From Bacteroidales bacterium (lineage in GTDB: Bacteria > Bacteroidota > Bacteroidia > Bacteroidales > UBA1715): a stretch of 64,000 nucleotides of DNA. The stretch is taken from assembly GCA_017642535.1 (NCBI GenBank), contig JAGCOW010000048.1:10920-74919 (forward strand). Direction: 5' to 3'. This document shows positions 22,512-31,601 of this stretch, piece after piece; the stretch's first letter is position 1; each line of letters opens with the position of its first letter. A program made the translations under genes and the position numbers. The notes beneath the pieces are model-generated. The model was given only the letters and a program-made list of their open reading frames with translations, did not search any database and was not told the DNA's origin.

Positions 22512-23416
22512 TGAAGAAATGGTTACTTTACATAGTGTTTTCTCTTGCTGCAGCGATGTCGTATGCACAACAGACCCCGTTGTATTCCATGTACACCTTC
22601 AACGAATTTGCATATAATCCAGCCGTTGCCGGTTTGAAAGATTATTATCAGGCACAAGTCAACAATCGCTATCAATTCGTCGGCATTGAAAACGCTCCCA
22701 TTACAGCAACCATTTCGTTGACGGGAAAACTCAGCTCGCATCCTATGGGCTGGGGAGGAATGATTTATAACGATAGTCAGGGGGCCTTCAGCAAATTTGG
22801 AGTTTACGGTGCTTATGCATACCATCTCAGAATAGGCACGTTCTCAAAATTGTCATTAGGATTGAATGTCGGCGTAATACGATATGCAATTGATATGACA
22901 AAAATTCAATTCTTAGACACAGAAACAAATCTTAACGAATCACTCTATCAAAGTACTCGTCCCGATGCATCGTTTGGTGTATACTATGATATGCGACACT
23001 ATTTCATAGGCGTTTCGGTTGACCAATTGTTCAACAATAGAATTGAAATTTACAACGACACACTTGCATTGGACAACACATTGAATCGTTTCAAAAGTCA
23101 TTTGAACATTATGGCAGGCGGGCGATACAAAATGATGCAACATCTTGAATTTGACCCAACCATCTTCGTTAGAAAAGTATATGCATCACCTTGGCAGATA
23201 GAATTATCGGGGCGCATTACGTATAGAGATGCCATTTGGGTAGGAGCTTCGTACCGAAGCCAAGATGCCGTTGTATTATTTCTTGGCTATACCTACCGTG
23301 ATATGCTCTCATTTGGTTATTCCTACGACATAACGTATTCTAAACTACGAAACGGTTCACGAGGAGCTCACGAATTCTTCCTTGCAATTAAATTCAAACA
23401 AACGGAAAAAGAATGA
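22511..23416 (+). CDS. PorP/SprF family T9SS membrane protein
   Basis: QQTPLYSMY..NPAVAG, GYSYD, GAHE motifs; directly follows the type B CTD gene. Confidence 0.9.
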   Translation: MKKWLLYIVFSLAAAMSYAQQTPLYSMYTFNEFAYNPAVAGLKDYYQAQVNNRYQFVGIENAPITATISLTGKLSSHPMGWGGMIYNDSQGAFSKFGVYGAYAYHLRIGTFSKLSLGLNVGVIRYAIDMTKIQFLDTETNLNESLYQSTRPDASFGVYYDMRHYFIGVSVDQLFNNRIEIYNDTLALDNTLNRFKSHLNIMAGGRYKMMQHLEFDPTIFVRKVYASPWQIELSGRITYRDAIWVGASYRSQDAVVLFLGYTYRDMLSFGYSYDITYSKLRNGSRGAHEFFLAIKFKQTEKE

Positions 23417-23784
23417 AAATAACATCTGTTTACATACTATTTTTACTTGCTTTATCCCTGATTTCTTGTTCTTCGCGTAAACCAAAACTCACCGACGAGG
23501 GCATTTTAACAAAAGAATCAATGACCTCTGTTCTTGTAGATATGCATTTAACTGATGCTCTGATATTTACACACAATGCAAACACAAAGTCAGAACTGAA
23601 ATTATCTCAAGAATGTTATGATTCCGCACTTTTCGCAAAATATGACTGCAACGATTCCATCTTTAAGAATAGTTTGGAATACTACACGTTAAACGGCGAA
23701 ATCAAGGACATTTACGACAACGTGCTTGATTCATTGAACAAACAAAAGGTTTTGTTGGAGCGAGGCGAGAAAAAAAATCAATAA
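23413..23784 (+). CDS. DUF4296 lipoprotein
   Basis: Lipobox LISC; M..VLVDMHL.D and F..SLEYY motifs. Confidence 0.8.
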   Translation: MKITSVYILFLLALSLISCSSRKPKLTDEGILTKESMTSVLVDMHLTDALIFTHNANTKSELKLSQECYDSALFAKYDCNDSIFKNSLEYYTLNGEIKDIYDNVLDSLNKQKVLLERGEKKNQ

Positions 23785-23788
23785 CTCT

Positions 23789-24055
23789 ATGCGAAAATTA
23801 TCGGCACACTATATTTATGACGGTTCGCAATTCCATAAATTGGCTGTGTTGATTTTGAATGAGAAAAACGCTGTCATTGCTCTTGAAGAATCCCCCAAAC
23901 CCTACGTGGAACATTCGGGTGTAGAGTTTTACAACGGAGTGATTTGCTATGATCAGACGAAACAATCCAACATTATATTGCTTGAAAATTATGATTTAAT
24001 CAATTTTCAGAAAAACCAAAACACAAAAGAAACCATTTTGATTCATAGAGAATAA
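23789..24055 (+). CDS. Small protein resembling an amidohydrolase N-terminal strand region
   Basis: MRKLSAHYIY...EFYNGVI pattern. Confidence 0.5.
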   Translation: MRKLSAHYIYDGSQFHKLAVLILNEKNAVIALEESPKPYVEHSGVEFYNGVICYDQTKQSNIILLENYDLINFQKNQNTKETILIHRE

Positions 24056-24129
24056 ATTTTCTCGAATATGAAGCTGATTATCTAAGAATTGTAATACATT
24101 TGTACAAAATAATTTAGAAATATAAGACA

Positions 24130-25494
24130 ATGGAACAACAAAAAAGATTTATTTTACCAGAAAACGAGATTCCTACTCAATGGTATAATATTGTTGCGGA
24201 CATGAAGAATAAACCGCTGCCAATGTTAAACCCACAGACAAAAAAACCAATCACGGTTGACGAAATGTCAGGTCTGTTCAATCGTGCGTGTTCAGAACAG
24301 GAGTTGAACCAAACCGATGCTTGGTTCGATATTCCAGAGCAAGTGCGCGACTTATACAAATCGTATCGTTCAACGCCGTTGGTTCGTGCATACGGATTGG
24401 AAAAAGCACTCGACACACCAGCTCACATCTATTTCAAAAACGAAAGTGTGAGTCCTGTGGGTTCCCACAAATTGAATTCCGCTTTGGCACAAGCATATTA
24501 TTGCAAACAAGAAGGTGTAACTAACATTACAACTGAAACAGGTGCTGGACAATGGGGAGCTGCACTTTCGTATGCGGCAAAAGCATTCGGATTGGAATTG
24601 GCTGTGTTTATGGTAAAAGTAAGCTATAACCAAAAACCATATCGTCGTTCGATTATGCAAACATTTGGCGCACAAGTGATTGCTTCGCCAAGTATGAGTA
24701 CAAAAGCAGGACGACAAATCATTACCGAAAATCCTAATTATCAAGGTAGTCTTGGTACTGCAATTTCCGAAGCCGTGGAATTGGCAATGCAGACACCAAA
24801 CTGCAAATATGTGCTTGGAAGCGTGTTAAATCACGTTACGTTGCACCAAACCGTTATCGGTCTTGAAGCAGAGAAACAAATGGCTATGGCTGGCGAATAT
24901 CCTGATATGGTGATTGCTTGTTTCGGTGGCGGTTCGAACTTCGGTGGATTGTCATTCCCATTTATGCGCCACAACTTGGTTGACGGCAAAAAGACAGTGT
25001 TCCTTGCCGCTGAACCAGCTTCGTGTCCGAAATTGACACGCGGTGTTTTCCAATATGATTTTGGTGATGAGGCAGGTTACACGCCAATGTTGCCTATGTT
25101 CACTTTGGGACACAACTTTGCTCCTGCGCACATTCACGCTGGTGGTCTTCGTTACCATGGTGCGGGAACAATTGTGAGCCAATTGATTAAAGACGGAATG
25201 ATGAAAGGTGTTGACATTCCACAGTTGGAGTCGTTCCAAGCAGCTTCGTTGTTCGCACAAACTGAAGGAATCATCCCTGCTCCAGAATCGGCACACGCAA
25301 TTGCCGCTACTATCCGCGAAGCAAACAAATGCAAGGAAGAAGGCGTTAAGAAAACAATCTTGTTCAACCTTTCAGGACACGGATTGATTGATATGACGGC
25401 TTACGACCAATACCTTGCGGGCGATTTAACCAACTACGAATTGCCAGACGATATCATCAAAGAAAATGTTTCAAAACTTGAAAAAATAGTATAG
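24130..25494 (+). CDS. trpB2: TrpB-like PLP enzyme (TrpB2)
   Basis: GSHKLN, TETGAGQWG, GGGSNF, HAGGLRYHG, PAPESAHA, LSGHG motifs. Confidence 0.93.
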   Translation: MEQQKRFILPENEIPTQWYNIVADMKNKPLPMLNPQTKKPITVDEMSGLFNRACSEQELNQTDAWFDIPEQVRDLYKSYRSTPLVRAYGLEKALDTPAHIYFKNESVSPVGSHKLNSALAQAYYCKQEGVTNITTETGAGQWGAALSYAAKAFGLELAVFMVKVSYNQKPYRRSIMQTFGAQVIASPSMSTKAGRQIITENPNYQGSLGTAISEAVELAMQTPNCKYVLGSVLNHVTLHQTVIGLEAEKQMAMAGEYPDMVIACFGGGSNFGGLSFPFMRHNLVDGKKTVFLAAEPASCPKLTRGVFQYDFGDEAGYTPMLPMFTLGHNFAPAHIHAGGLRYHGAGTIVSQLIKDGMMKGVDIPQLESFQAASLFAQTEGIIPAPESAHAIAATIREANKCKEEGVKKTILFNLSGHGLIDMTAYDQYLAGDLTNYELPDDIIKENVSKLEKIV

Positions 25495-25520
25495 GAACAA
25501 TTTTTAGTTTTCAATTTTAT

Positions 25521-25560
25521 AAGAAAAGATGCCACTATTGTGACATCTTTTCTTTTTTTT
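25521..25560 (+). terminator. Terminator after trpB2
   Basis: aagaaaagatg...catcttttctt inverted repeat followed by a T tract. Confidence 0.7.
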
Positions 25561-25566
25561 CATCAT

Positions 25567-25930
25567 TAAACGTAAACCCCGGCACAATATAATTCTTTAA
25601 CTTCCCAATGCCCTTGTTTCTTACCACCGACACGGATTATTAGCCCTTCTTTTTCAGTTTTCGAATATTCCAATTCAGTCCGTCACGTGTAAGTCCGCAT
25701 ATTTCGCACAATTCTTCTATTGTAATAGACGGATTCTATTTCATTAAAGAAAGGATTTTACGTGTAGTTTTATGTGTAGTTTTATGTGTAGCCAAAAATT
25801 GTGGGTGGCAGGGAATATCTATCAAGAAATACGTTCTATTCTCATCTGTTTCTATTGTGGCACGTGGAGAACCATTTTCTTGTAATTTCTGTTGTATGGT
25901 TGGAATACCTGTTGCCCAACCTTCCGACAG
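25567..25930 (-). pseudogene. Remnant C-terminus of an ATP-binding/RecG-C (HATPase_c_4) + HTH protein
   Basis: EGWATGIPTI...RTYFLIDIPCHP, then THKT repeats, an in-frame TAG (LMK*NPSITIEEL) and an HTH-like tail; 5' part is absent. Confidence 0.65.
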
Positions 25931-25994
25931 GTAAAAAAGAAAGGCGTTTATGATTTTTAGTCTCATAAACGCCTTGAAATCAAGGTTTTACCCT

Positions 25995-26038
25995 TGTGAC
26001 CCCGGAGAGGCTCGAACTCTCGACCCATTGATTAAGAG
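25995..26038 (-). tRNA. 3' half of tRNA-Lys(CTT), i.e. att site duplication rather than a functional tRNA
   Basis: Reverse complement CTCTTAA TCAAT GGGTC GAGAG TTCGAGC CTCTC CGGGGTCACA gives anticodon loop, T arm and acceptor 3' strand; no D arm or 5' half upstream. Confidence 0.85.
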
Positions 26039-26103
26039 GAAATGTGTGTTATAATGTAACATACTAAAAATCAATTATTTAATAAATTATATATTATATC
26101 CTA

Positions 26104-26123
26104 CTCACGTTTGCTCACGTTTG
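26104..26123 (+). repeat. Tandem 10-bp direct repeat CTCACGTTTG x2, candidate integrase arm-type sites
   Basis: Exact tandem duplication about 65 bp inside the att core; function inferred. Confidence 0.5.
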
Positions 26124-26125
26124 AT

Positions 26126-26160
26126 AAAAAAAAGACCTAATAACTTTTGGTTATTAGGTC
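26126..26160 (-). terminator. Terminator ending the late operon
   Basis: gacctaataac-N5-gttattaggtc hairpin with poly-U on the minus strand. Confidence 0.8.
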
Positions 26161-26170
26161 GCATTGAAAA

Positions 26171-27547
26171 CTATACATTGATTTCCTCATTGCCACCAAA
26201 TCGGTTTTTGACCGTTTTTGCTTTGAATGATTCAACTTCGATTGTTGTATCGACATCGTGTTCAAATTCTTGCGAGCCACGGAAATTACCATCCTTTGTG
26301 CATTGAAATACATATACGTATGATTTGCTGTTGTCGAGTTTCTTCAAATCTTCGGGTTCGTATTTTCCTGCTGTTACGGAATCAATAAAGATTACGTCAT
26401 AATCCTTAAAACTCGTAGGAAGTGTATCAGTGACGAATAAATTTCGGTGTGCTATGTTATAACGACGCATTTTTTCCTGCAACGTATAACCAAACTTTTC
26501 CTCGTGTGCCACGTAAAGAACTTTTTTACCAAGTTCAGCTAAATGCTGTGCGAATTGAAGAGACAAAGAACTCTTACCGTTACCGCCCTTTCCGTAAATC
26601 ATTATTTTGAATGGTTCCGATGGGTCGCCAATCAATTTTTTGAACTTTCCTTTCAAAGGCAAAATTTTGAACTTTGCTGCAAGAAATTCCGCACTACCAA
26701 CGGCTGAACCACTTTTACAACCTTTTAATTCGATACCACACAATCCGTACAAACCAGCCAACGATTGTGCCGATATTTCGGGAGCGTTACTTTTACCGTC
26801 GATATATTTGTTAAGACTGCGTTTTATTTCTTCTATTTCAGATTTGAAATGGTCGTCTTTAGACGCTTCAATCTTCTTTAACAGGTCTTTCGCTTTCTCT
26901 TTTACGTTTTCTTTGCCTTGAATTGCAATAAACGACTTAACAAGACGAATGTTTGGCATTACGGCAAATCCCTTTACAAGAGTTTTTAGCTCTTCAGCAT
27001 TTTGTATGTTAATTTCGCTATTGCCAGGAGCGTCAAGAATTTTTATGAGGTTTGACTGTAGTTTCATAACTTCGTCTGCATACGGCGATGTTTTCCGTAT
27101 TTTCTTTTCGACTATAGCTTTTTGAAGCGACGCAAGAATACGACGTGCTGTTTCACGTGCCTCGGAAACTTTTTTGCCGTTCAACGCACAATATCTCTTA
27201 ATATGTGCAAGTTCGGGACAAAGTGCCTCTACATATTCTCCCGAAAATTCTTTTTTTACTTTCGGTTGTTTTGGAGCTTTTGACTTCGGCTGTTTCTGCG
27301 TTTTTTGCTTTGATTCTTTTTTCTCCTTTGGTGTTGAATCTGTTTTTTTTGCTTCGAGTTCCTTGTTAACACGGTCGATAAACTTATTCAACAGGTCTTT
27401 TGCCTCGTCGTCGAAAAAGTCTTTCAAATCTTCCCAGTTCTGTGCGGATTCAAGAAAACCATTATCGGTTGCAATCTTGACCGTTTCGGGACTTAATATT
27501 AATTTAATCTCGTCCCATTTTTCGTTGATGTTAGTTATTGTAATCAT
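26171..27547 (-). CDS. Protein with C-terminal RadA/Sms-like (RecA-fold) ATPase
   Basis: Walker A GKGGNGKS, Walker B VIFIDS, FEHDVD and KNRFG; Lys-rich helical N-terminal half. Confidence 0.75.
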   Translation of the reverse strand: MITITNINEKWDEIKLILSPETVKIATDNGFLESAQNWEDLKDFFDDEAKDLLNKFIDRVNKELEAKKTDSTPKEKKESKQKTQKQPKSKAPKQPKVKKEFSGEYVEALCPELAHIKRYCALNGKKVSEARETARRILASLQKAIVEKKIRKTSPYADEVMKLQSNLIKILDAPGNSEINIQNAEELKTLVKGFAVMPNIRLVKSFIAIQGKENVKEKAKDLLKKIEASKDDHFKSEIEEIKRSLNKYIDGKSNAPEISAQSLAGLYGLCGIELKGCKSGSAVGSAEFLAAKFKILPLKGKFKKLIGDPSEPFKIMIYGKGGNGKSSLSLQFAQHLAELGKKVLYVAHEEKFGYTLQEKMRRYNIAHRNLFVTDTLPTSFKDYDVIFIDSVTAGKYEPEDLKKLDNSKSYVYVFQCTKDGNFRGSQEFEHDVDTTIEVESFKAKTVKNRFGGNEEINV

Positions 27548-27576
27548 ATCTTAAAAATTTATGGTTAATACTTTTT

Positions 27577-30500
27577 TTAGATTTTTGCTTTTGCCATTTT
27601 CATCTTCAACATAAGTGCCAATGCACGCTTGCGTTTTGTGTCGGCAGAATCGCTACTGTTAGGTTGCTGTTTTCCTGTCGGAATTTTCGATTTATCTACT
27701 TTTAGCGGTTTCCATTCCCCTTTGTTTGCTTTCGTGTCTTCATTGTCGAAATCATTAGGGAAATAGTGTGCTGCCTGTTGTGCGTCCAATTCCACGTAGA
27801 TATTGTTATTTTCCAAATCCTGTAAGAAATCGTCAAGACTATCGTTAGGGAAACAACCAATAGCCAATACACGCTTGTAGCGATAATATGTTTGCTCAAA
27901 TCCACGACCAGTACCATATTTCAACCAAACAGAGTTTGTTGTTATTTGTTTGAGTTCCTTTTTCTTGGCAATATCGTTGTCTATGTAAACAATCAATTGT
28001 TCTCCTACGCATATCAACTTAAATCCAAAGCTCAATCCAAGTGCAGGTTCTTTTATGCTCTCATTGCGGTATTCCTCAAAAATCTTTTTACATCTCGTTG
28101 GTTTGTATCTTTTGAATGCAACCACAACACCGCCACCGTTTTTGTTTTCCGTGTCTTTCGGCAACAAAACCCCCTTGCGGATAGAGCCGTCTTTCATTGT
28201 AAACGAAATCAGTCTCGATTTTTCGGGTGCTTTCCCAAAACCTTTTAGTATGTTGCCTGTGATAATGTCACGGAGTTCACGGTTTGCAGACGCTTCTTTG
28301 GTAATCTTGTCCCAATCATCGAGAATACGTTTGTCGAGGTCTATGGAACTGCTATTGTTACGCCACAAATCTTCGGTGTAGTTTTGTATTGCCATAAGTT
28401 TTTCGTGTCCCTCGTTGGCAATATTGTAGTCGATTGAACGTGTAGAATTGGCAACGGCAAACGAAATGGTAATGTTGCTCGGAGCCATAGGGTTGTTTGC
28501 CTTTCGGTTCACGTCAGCACCAAGACATATCGCCTTTGTGTTCAAGTCAATCAAGCAACTGCGACCTGCATAGAAATACTCAATGATACGTGACTTATAG
28601 TTCTTTGTGTTCGTTTCGTTCTGCTTGCGTTCCGCCTGTTCCACGTACTTTTGCTCAACCTCACGTTGGATTTCGTCCCAAGTGCGTTCGCCAGATTCCA
28701 CAAGTTTTTGGAATTTTGGCGAGTTACGCATTGATTCAACAGCACGAACCTTTTGTTCCTCTATTTCGGCAAGTCGTTTGTCGCATTCCTTGCGTACTGC
28801 GTTTCTAAACTCGTCAGCAAGTTTCTTTGCCGTTTCCTTTGGCTCGTCCCCTGCTTTTGCAATAAGCGACAAAACAATCTCTTTTGTATATGGCTTGCGA
28901 AGTACATCGCATTCGTACACGCCCTTATATGCTGCATCGGCAAAAACTGACTGCCCACTCGTACGTGCAAGCAACGGAGTCTCACGGACAAACTCGGCAT
29001 TGAGTTTCATCGCTTCCACTTCCAAATCGTATTCGCCACGATTCTTCAACTGATTGATTTTCTGTTTGTAGTTTCCAATCACGTTGTTGTAAAAGTCCTC
29101 TTGTTTGCTCGATTCAAGAATAGCCACACGTCCTGTAACTTTCTTTGCAATATCCTCGTCGGGGACTGATTTTGCAACGGGTTTCGGAGTAAACAAATAG
29201 CAAGGGTCGCCAACTGCCATAGTAAATTCCTCGTTGTCACGCATATATGCTTTTACGACCTCGTCGCCATACTTGTTGATGAAATCGTCTGTGTCAATCA
29301 CGCTCGTCGAGTTCTTTTGGTTTGAAGCCGTATTTGCGTCGAGCGAACGGAGTTTCTTCTGTAACATCATCATCATACGTCGTTCGGCAGGAATAGCCGA
29401 AATAAGGTAGTCGTATGACGGTGGAATTTCGGGGAACTGACCTGTACGGTTGATTCGACCACGTTTTTGAACTTCCGTAGATACGTTCAGTTCATATTGT
29501 GCGATAACCATAACACGTGGCTTCACTTCCTCTCGTTTCAAGTTTGTCCCTTTATTGGTTGCGTGTGCCGACGCTCCTGTCGAGCCACTTGTGTTAATCA
29601 AAAGCACGTCGGATTGAGTGTTTTGGAACTTGGCAAATGCCACGTTTGCCTTTTCACGCTTACGGTTTACGATTCTTCCCCTCGTTCCCTGTTCGTTGGT
29701 AAACTCAATTTTACGTGAACGACCTGTAACTTCGGAACAAGTGAAGCCCTCACGTTCAATCTTACGGATTATTATGTCGATTGGAGAACAAGTGATTCCT
29801 GTCGTTGTGTTCTTTATCTTACGCTCAATGCGTAGATATTCCTCTTGTGCTTCGGGAATGAGTTCATCGAAATTCAAAATTTGCAGTTCCGATTTACCTT
29901 TTGCCACTTTCTTTTGATAGCGTAAAGTAGATTCAAGTCCACGCAACAAAGCAACAGAATAGTCGGTGTTGATTTCCTCGTTTTCAAGCGAATGGCGACC
30001 GTCATCAGCGTGTAAATCGCTAATCATTGATTCAAACGTGGAAGCGAACGCCACAACAACCTTTTTCCCTTCTTTCAATCTTCGTATAGTGTGGTCGGCA
30101 ACGGCTTCCGCCTTGATAGCGAACAACACTTGGTTTACTATGTTGAACACTTTCGAGAAATACGAAGCACGGCTAACGCCCAAATCCTTGTTGGTGCTGT
30201 CGGCTTTTTCTCCCTCGTCGGCAAGTTCCTCGTTCATATCGTCCATTATCGGACTGATGTACGCTTTCTCAAAGCCGATGATTTCGCGAATTAGTTCCGT
30301 AATGTTGTCGCTCATAATTCGGTGTTCTTTTTCGAGATTGGGAACGCCAAATTCCTTTTCTCCGTTCTCGTCGAGGTAAATGTAATTAACCTTGATACCG
30401 TCGTATGTGCGTTCCCGACGGAGCATTTGCCCCTCGTGTACCAATTCCGACGAAATGATTTCCTGTAACGCTTCGCCACCTTTTGAAATGGATTCAATCA

Positions 30501-31590
30501 GTTCAGCGTCGGGAAGTTCGGCTTCGGAAATACAGGTACGCAAAGCGAACAACGGCATATTGTCGGGGCGTTTTGCAAACGTAGCCGACAAGAAACACAC
30601 GTTTTTAGCAAGTTTAACGGCTTGTGCGAACGCTTGGAACGTGTTAGAGCCGACAACCGTAGATTTTCCACCTCTGTCAGTCCCTTTGGAACTACCACCT
30701 GCGTTGTGTGCTTCGTCGAGTATCAACGTGTTCGGCTCACAAATGGCGTGCAAGAAATCAATCTTTGCACCGTCACGCTTTGGCGTTGTGAACTGCGAAT
30801 ATGTTGCAAGCACGTAGTCGTAGCCGTCGGGAACACGCTTTGAGTTGATGATTGAATCGAACTGCTTTTTGTCGGTCATATACTTGTAAACCGTTACAAT
30901 TTCGTCGTTGTCGCCAACTTCTGTAATGTTCGCTTTCGGGTCGTTGTTGATGATGAACGGTTTTAACGAAGCACAGCCAATATCTTTCAAGTCACGGTAG
31001 ATGTCGGTAAACAAGTTCGGTTTTTCCGTTACAAAAACGGCTTTCTGTCCCTGTACGTGTGCGTAGCGGATAAGACACGCCGCCATACGACCTTTACCAA
31101 TACCTGTTTGGTCGCCAATGATGATTGCCTGTTTGCGTGCTTCCATATTGTAGATTGCGAGTGCAACCGAATCAACCTGTTCGGCAAACAGACGGTTTAC
31201 AATATCTTCCTTTGACCATTGCAGACGTTCACAAACAAAGTCGGTAACGTCGCCACCAACGGCAGTTTTCAGTTTAGCCAACGCTTCGTGTGTATCGTCG
31301 CCCATACTGTCGGGGACTTGCGTGTCGAGTTTCGTGATTTGTGACGCTGGTCGGTATGCCATACCAAGTCCTTCTTCAATTTTCTCTATCTTGTTGATTT
31401 CCTTGCCACGTAATTCCTGCGTTTTGGTTGTTTGCCAATTTTCGGGCAATGTCATTGACTTGCTTGCACGGATATAACGGACAACCGTCACGTTCAGTTT
31501 CATATCTGTTTCGGCTTCGGTGCAGAACCAAACCTTGTTCGGTTCTCCTTTAAGACGGAAAAAATGTCTTTGTATTTCAATTAACTTCAT
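27577..31590 (-). CDS. Strawberry-notch-like SF2 helicase (AAA_34 + Helicase_C_4), DarB-like
   Basis: GDQTGIGKGR, ATYSQ, LILDEAHNAGG, FLSATFAKRP, SGSTGASAHA, QKRGRINRTGQ motifs. Confidence 0.88.
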   Translation of the reverse strand: MKLIEIQRHFFRLKGEPNKVWFCTEAETDMKLNVTVVRYIRASKSMTLPENWQTTKTQELRGKEINKIEKIEEGLGMAYRPASQITKLDTQVPDSMGDDTHEALAKLKTAVGGDVTDFVCERLQWSKEDIVNRLFAEQVDSVALAIYNMEARKQAIIIGDQTGIGKGRMAACLIRYAHVQGQKAVFVTEKPNLFTDIYRDLKDIGCASLKPFIINNDPKANITEVGDNDEIVTVYKYMTDKKQFDSIINSKRVPDGYDYVLATYSQFTTPKRDGAKIDFLHAICEPNTLILDEAHNAGGSSKGTDRGGKSTVVGSNTFQAFAQAVKLAKNVCFLSATFAKRPDNMPLFALRTCISEAELPDAELIESISKGGEALQEIISSELVHEGQMLRRERTYDGIKVNYIYLDENGEKEFGVPNLEKEHRIMSDNITELIREIIGFEKAYISPIMDDMNEELADEGEKADSTNKDLGVSRASYFSKVFNIVNQVLFAIKAEAVADHTIRRLKEGKKVVVAFASTFESMISDLHADDGRHSLENEEINTDYSVALLRGLESTLRYQKKVAKGKSELQILNFDELIPEAQEEYLRIERKIKNTTTGITCSPIDIIIRKIEREGFTCSEVTGRSRKIEFTNEQGTRGRIVNRKREKANVAFAKFQNTQSDVLLINTSGSTGASAHATNKGTNLKREEVKPRVMVIAQYELNVSTEVQKRGRINRTGQFPEIPPSYDYLISAIPAERRMMMMLQKKLRSLDANTASNQKNSTSVIDTDDFINKYGDEVVKAYMRDNEEFTMAVGDPCYLFTPKPVAKSVPDEDIAKKVTGRVAILESSKQEDFYNNVIGNYKQKINQLKNRGEYDLEVEAMKLNAEFVRETPLLARTSGQSVFADAAYKGVYECDVLRKPYTKEIVLSLIAKAGDEPKETAKKLADEFRNAVRKECDKRLAEIEEQKVRAVESMRNSPKFQKLVESGERTWDEIQREVEQKYVEQAERKQNETNTKNYKSRIIEYFYAGRSCLIDLNTKAICLGADVNRKANNPMAPSNITISFAVANSTRSIDYNIANEGHEKLMAIQNYTEDLWRNNSSSIDLDKRILDDWDKITKEASANRELRDIITGNILKGFGKAPEKSRLISFTMKDGSIRKGVLLPKDTENKNGGGVVVAFKRYKPTRCKKIFEEYRNESIKEPALGLSFGFKLICVGEQLIVYIDNDIAKKKELKQITTNSVWLKYGTGRGFEQTYYRYKRVLAIGCFPNDSLDDFLQDLENNNIYVELDAQQAAHYFPNDFDNEDTKANKGEWKPLKVDKSKIPTGKQQPNSSDSADTKRKRALALMLKMKMAKAKI

Positions 31591-31601
31591 AGTTTTGAGA
31601 A

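Noticed and set aside
16344-23416. Giant repeat protein as a novel system
   Set aside because: Standard SprB-like type B CTD protein paired with PorP/SprF
25763-25790. 12-bp tandem repeat tgtagttttatg
   Set aside because: Encodes the THKT linker of the decayed gene; ordinary for that family
25995-26070. Intact tRNA-Lys
   Set aside because: The 5' half (acceptor 5' strand and D arm) is replaced by unrelated AT-rich sequence
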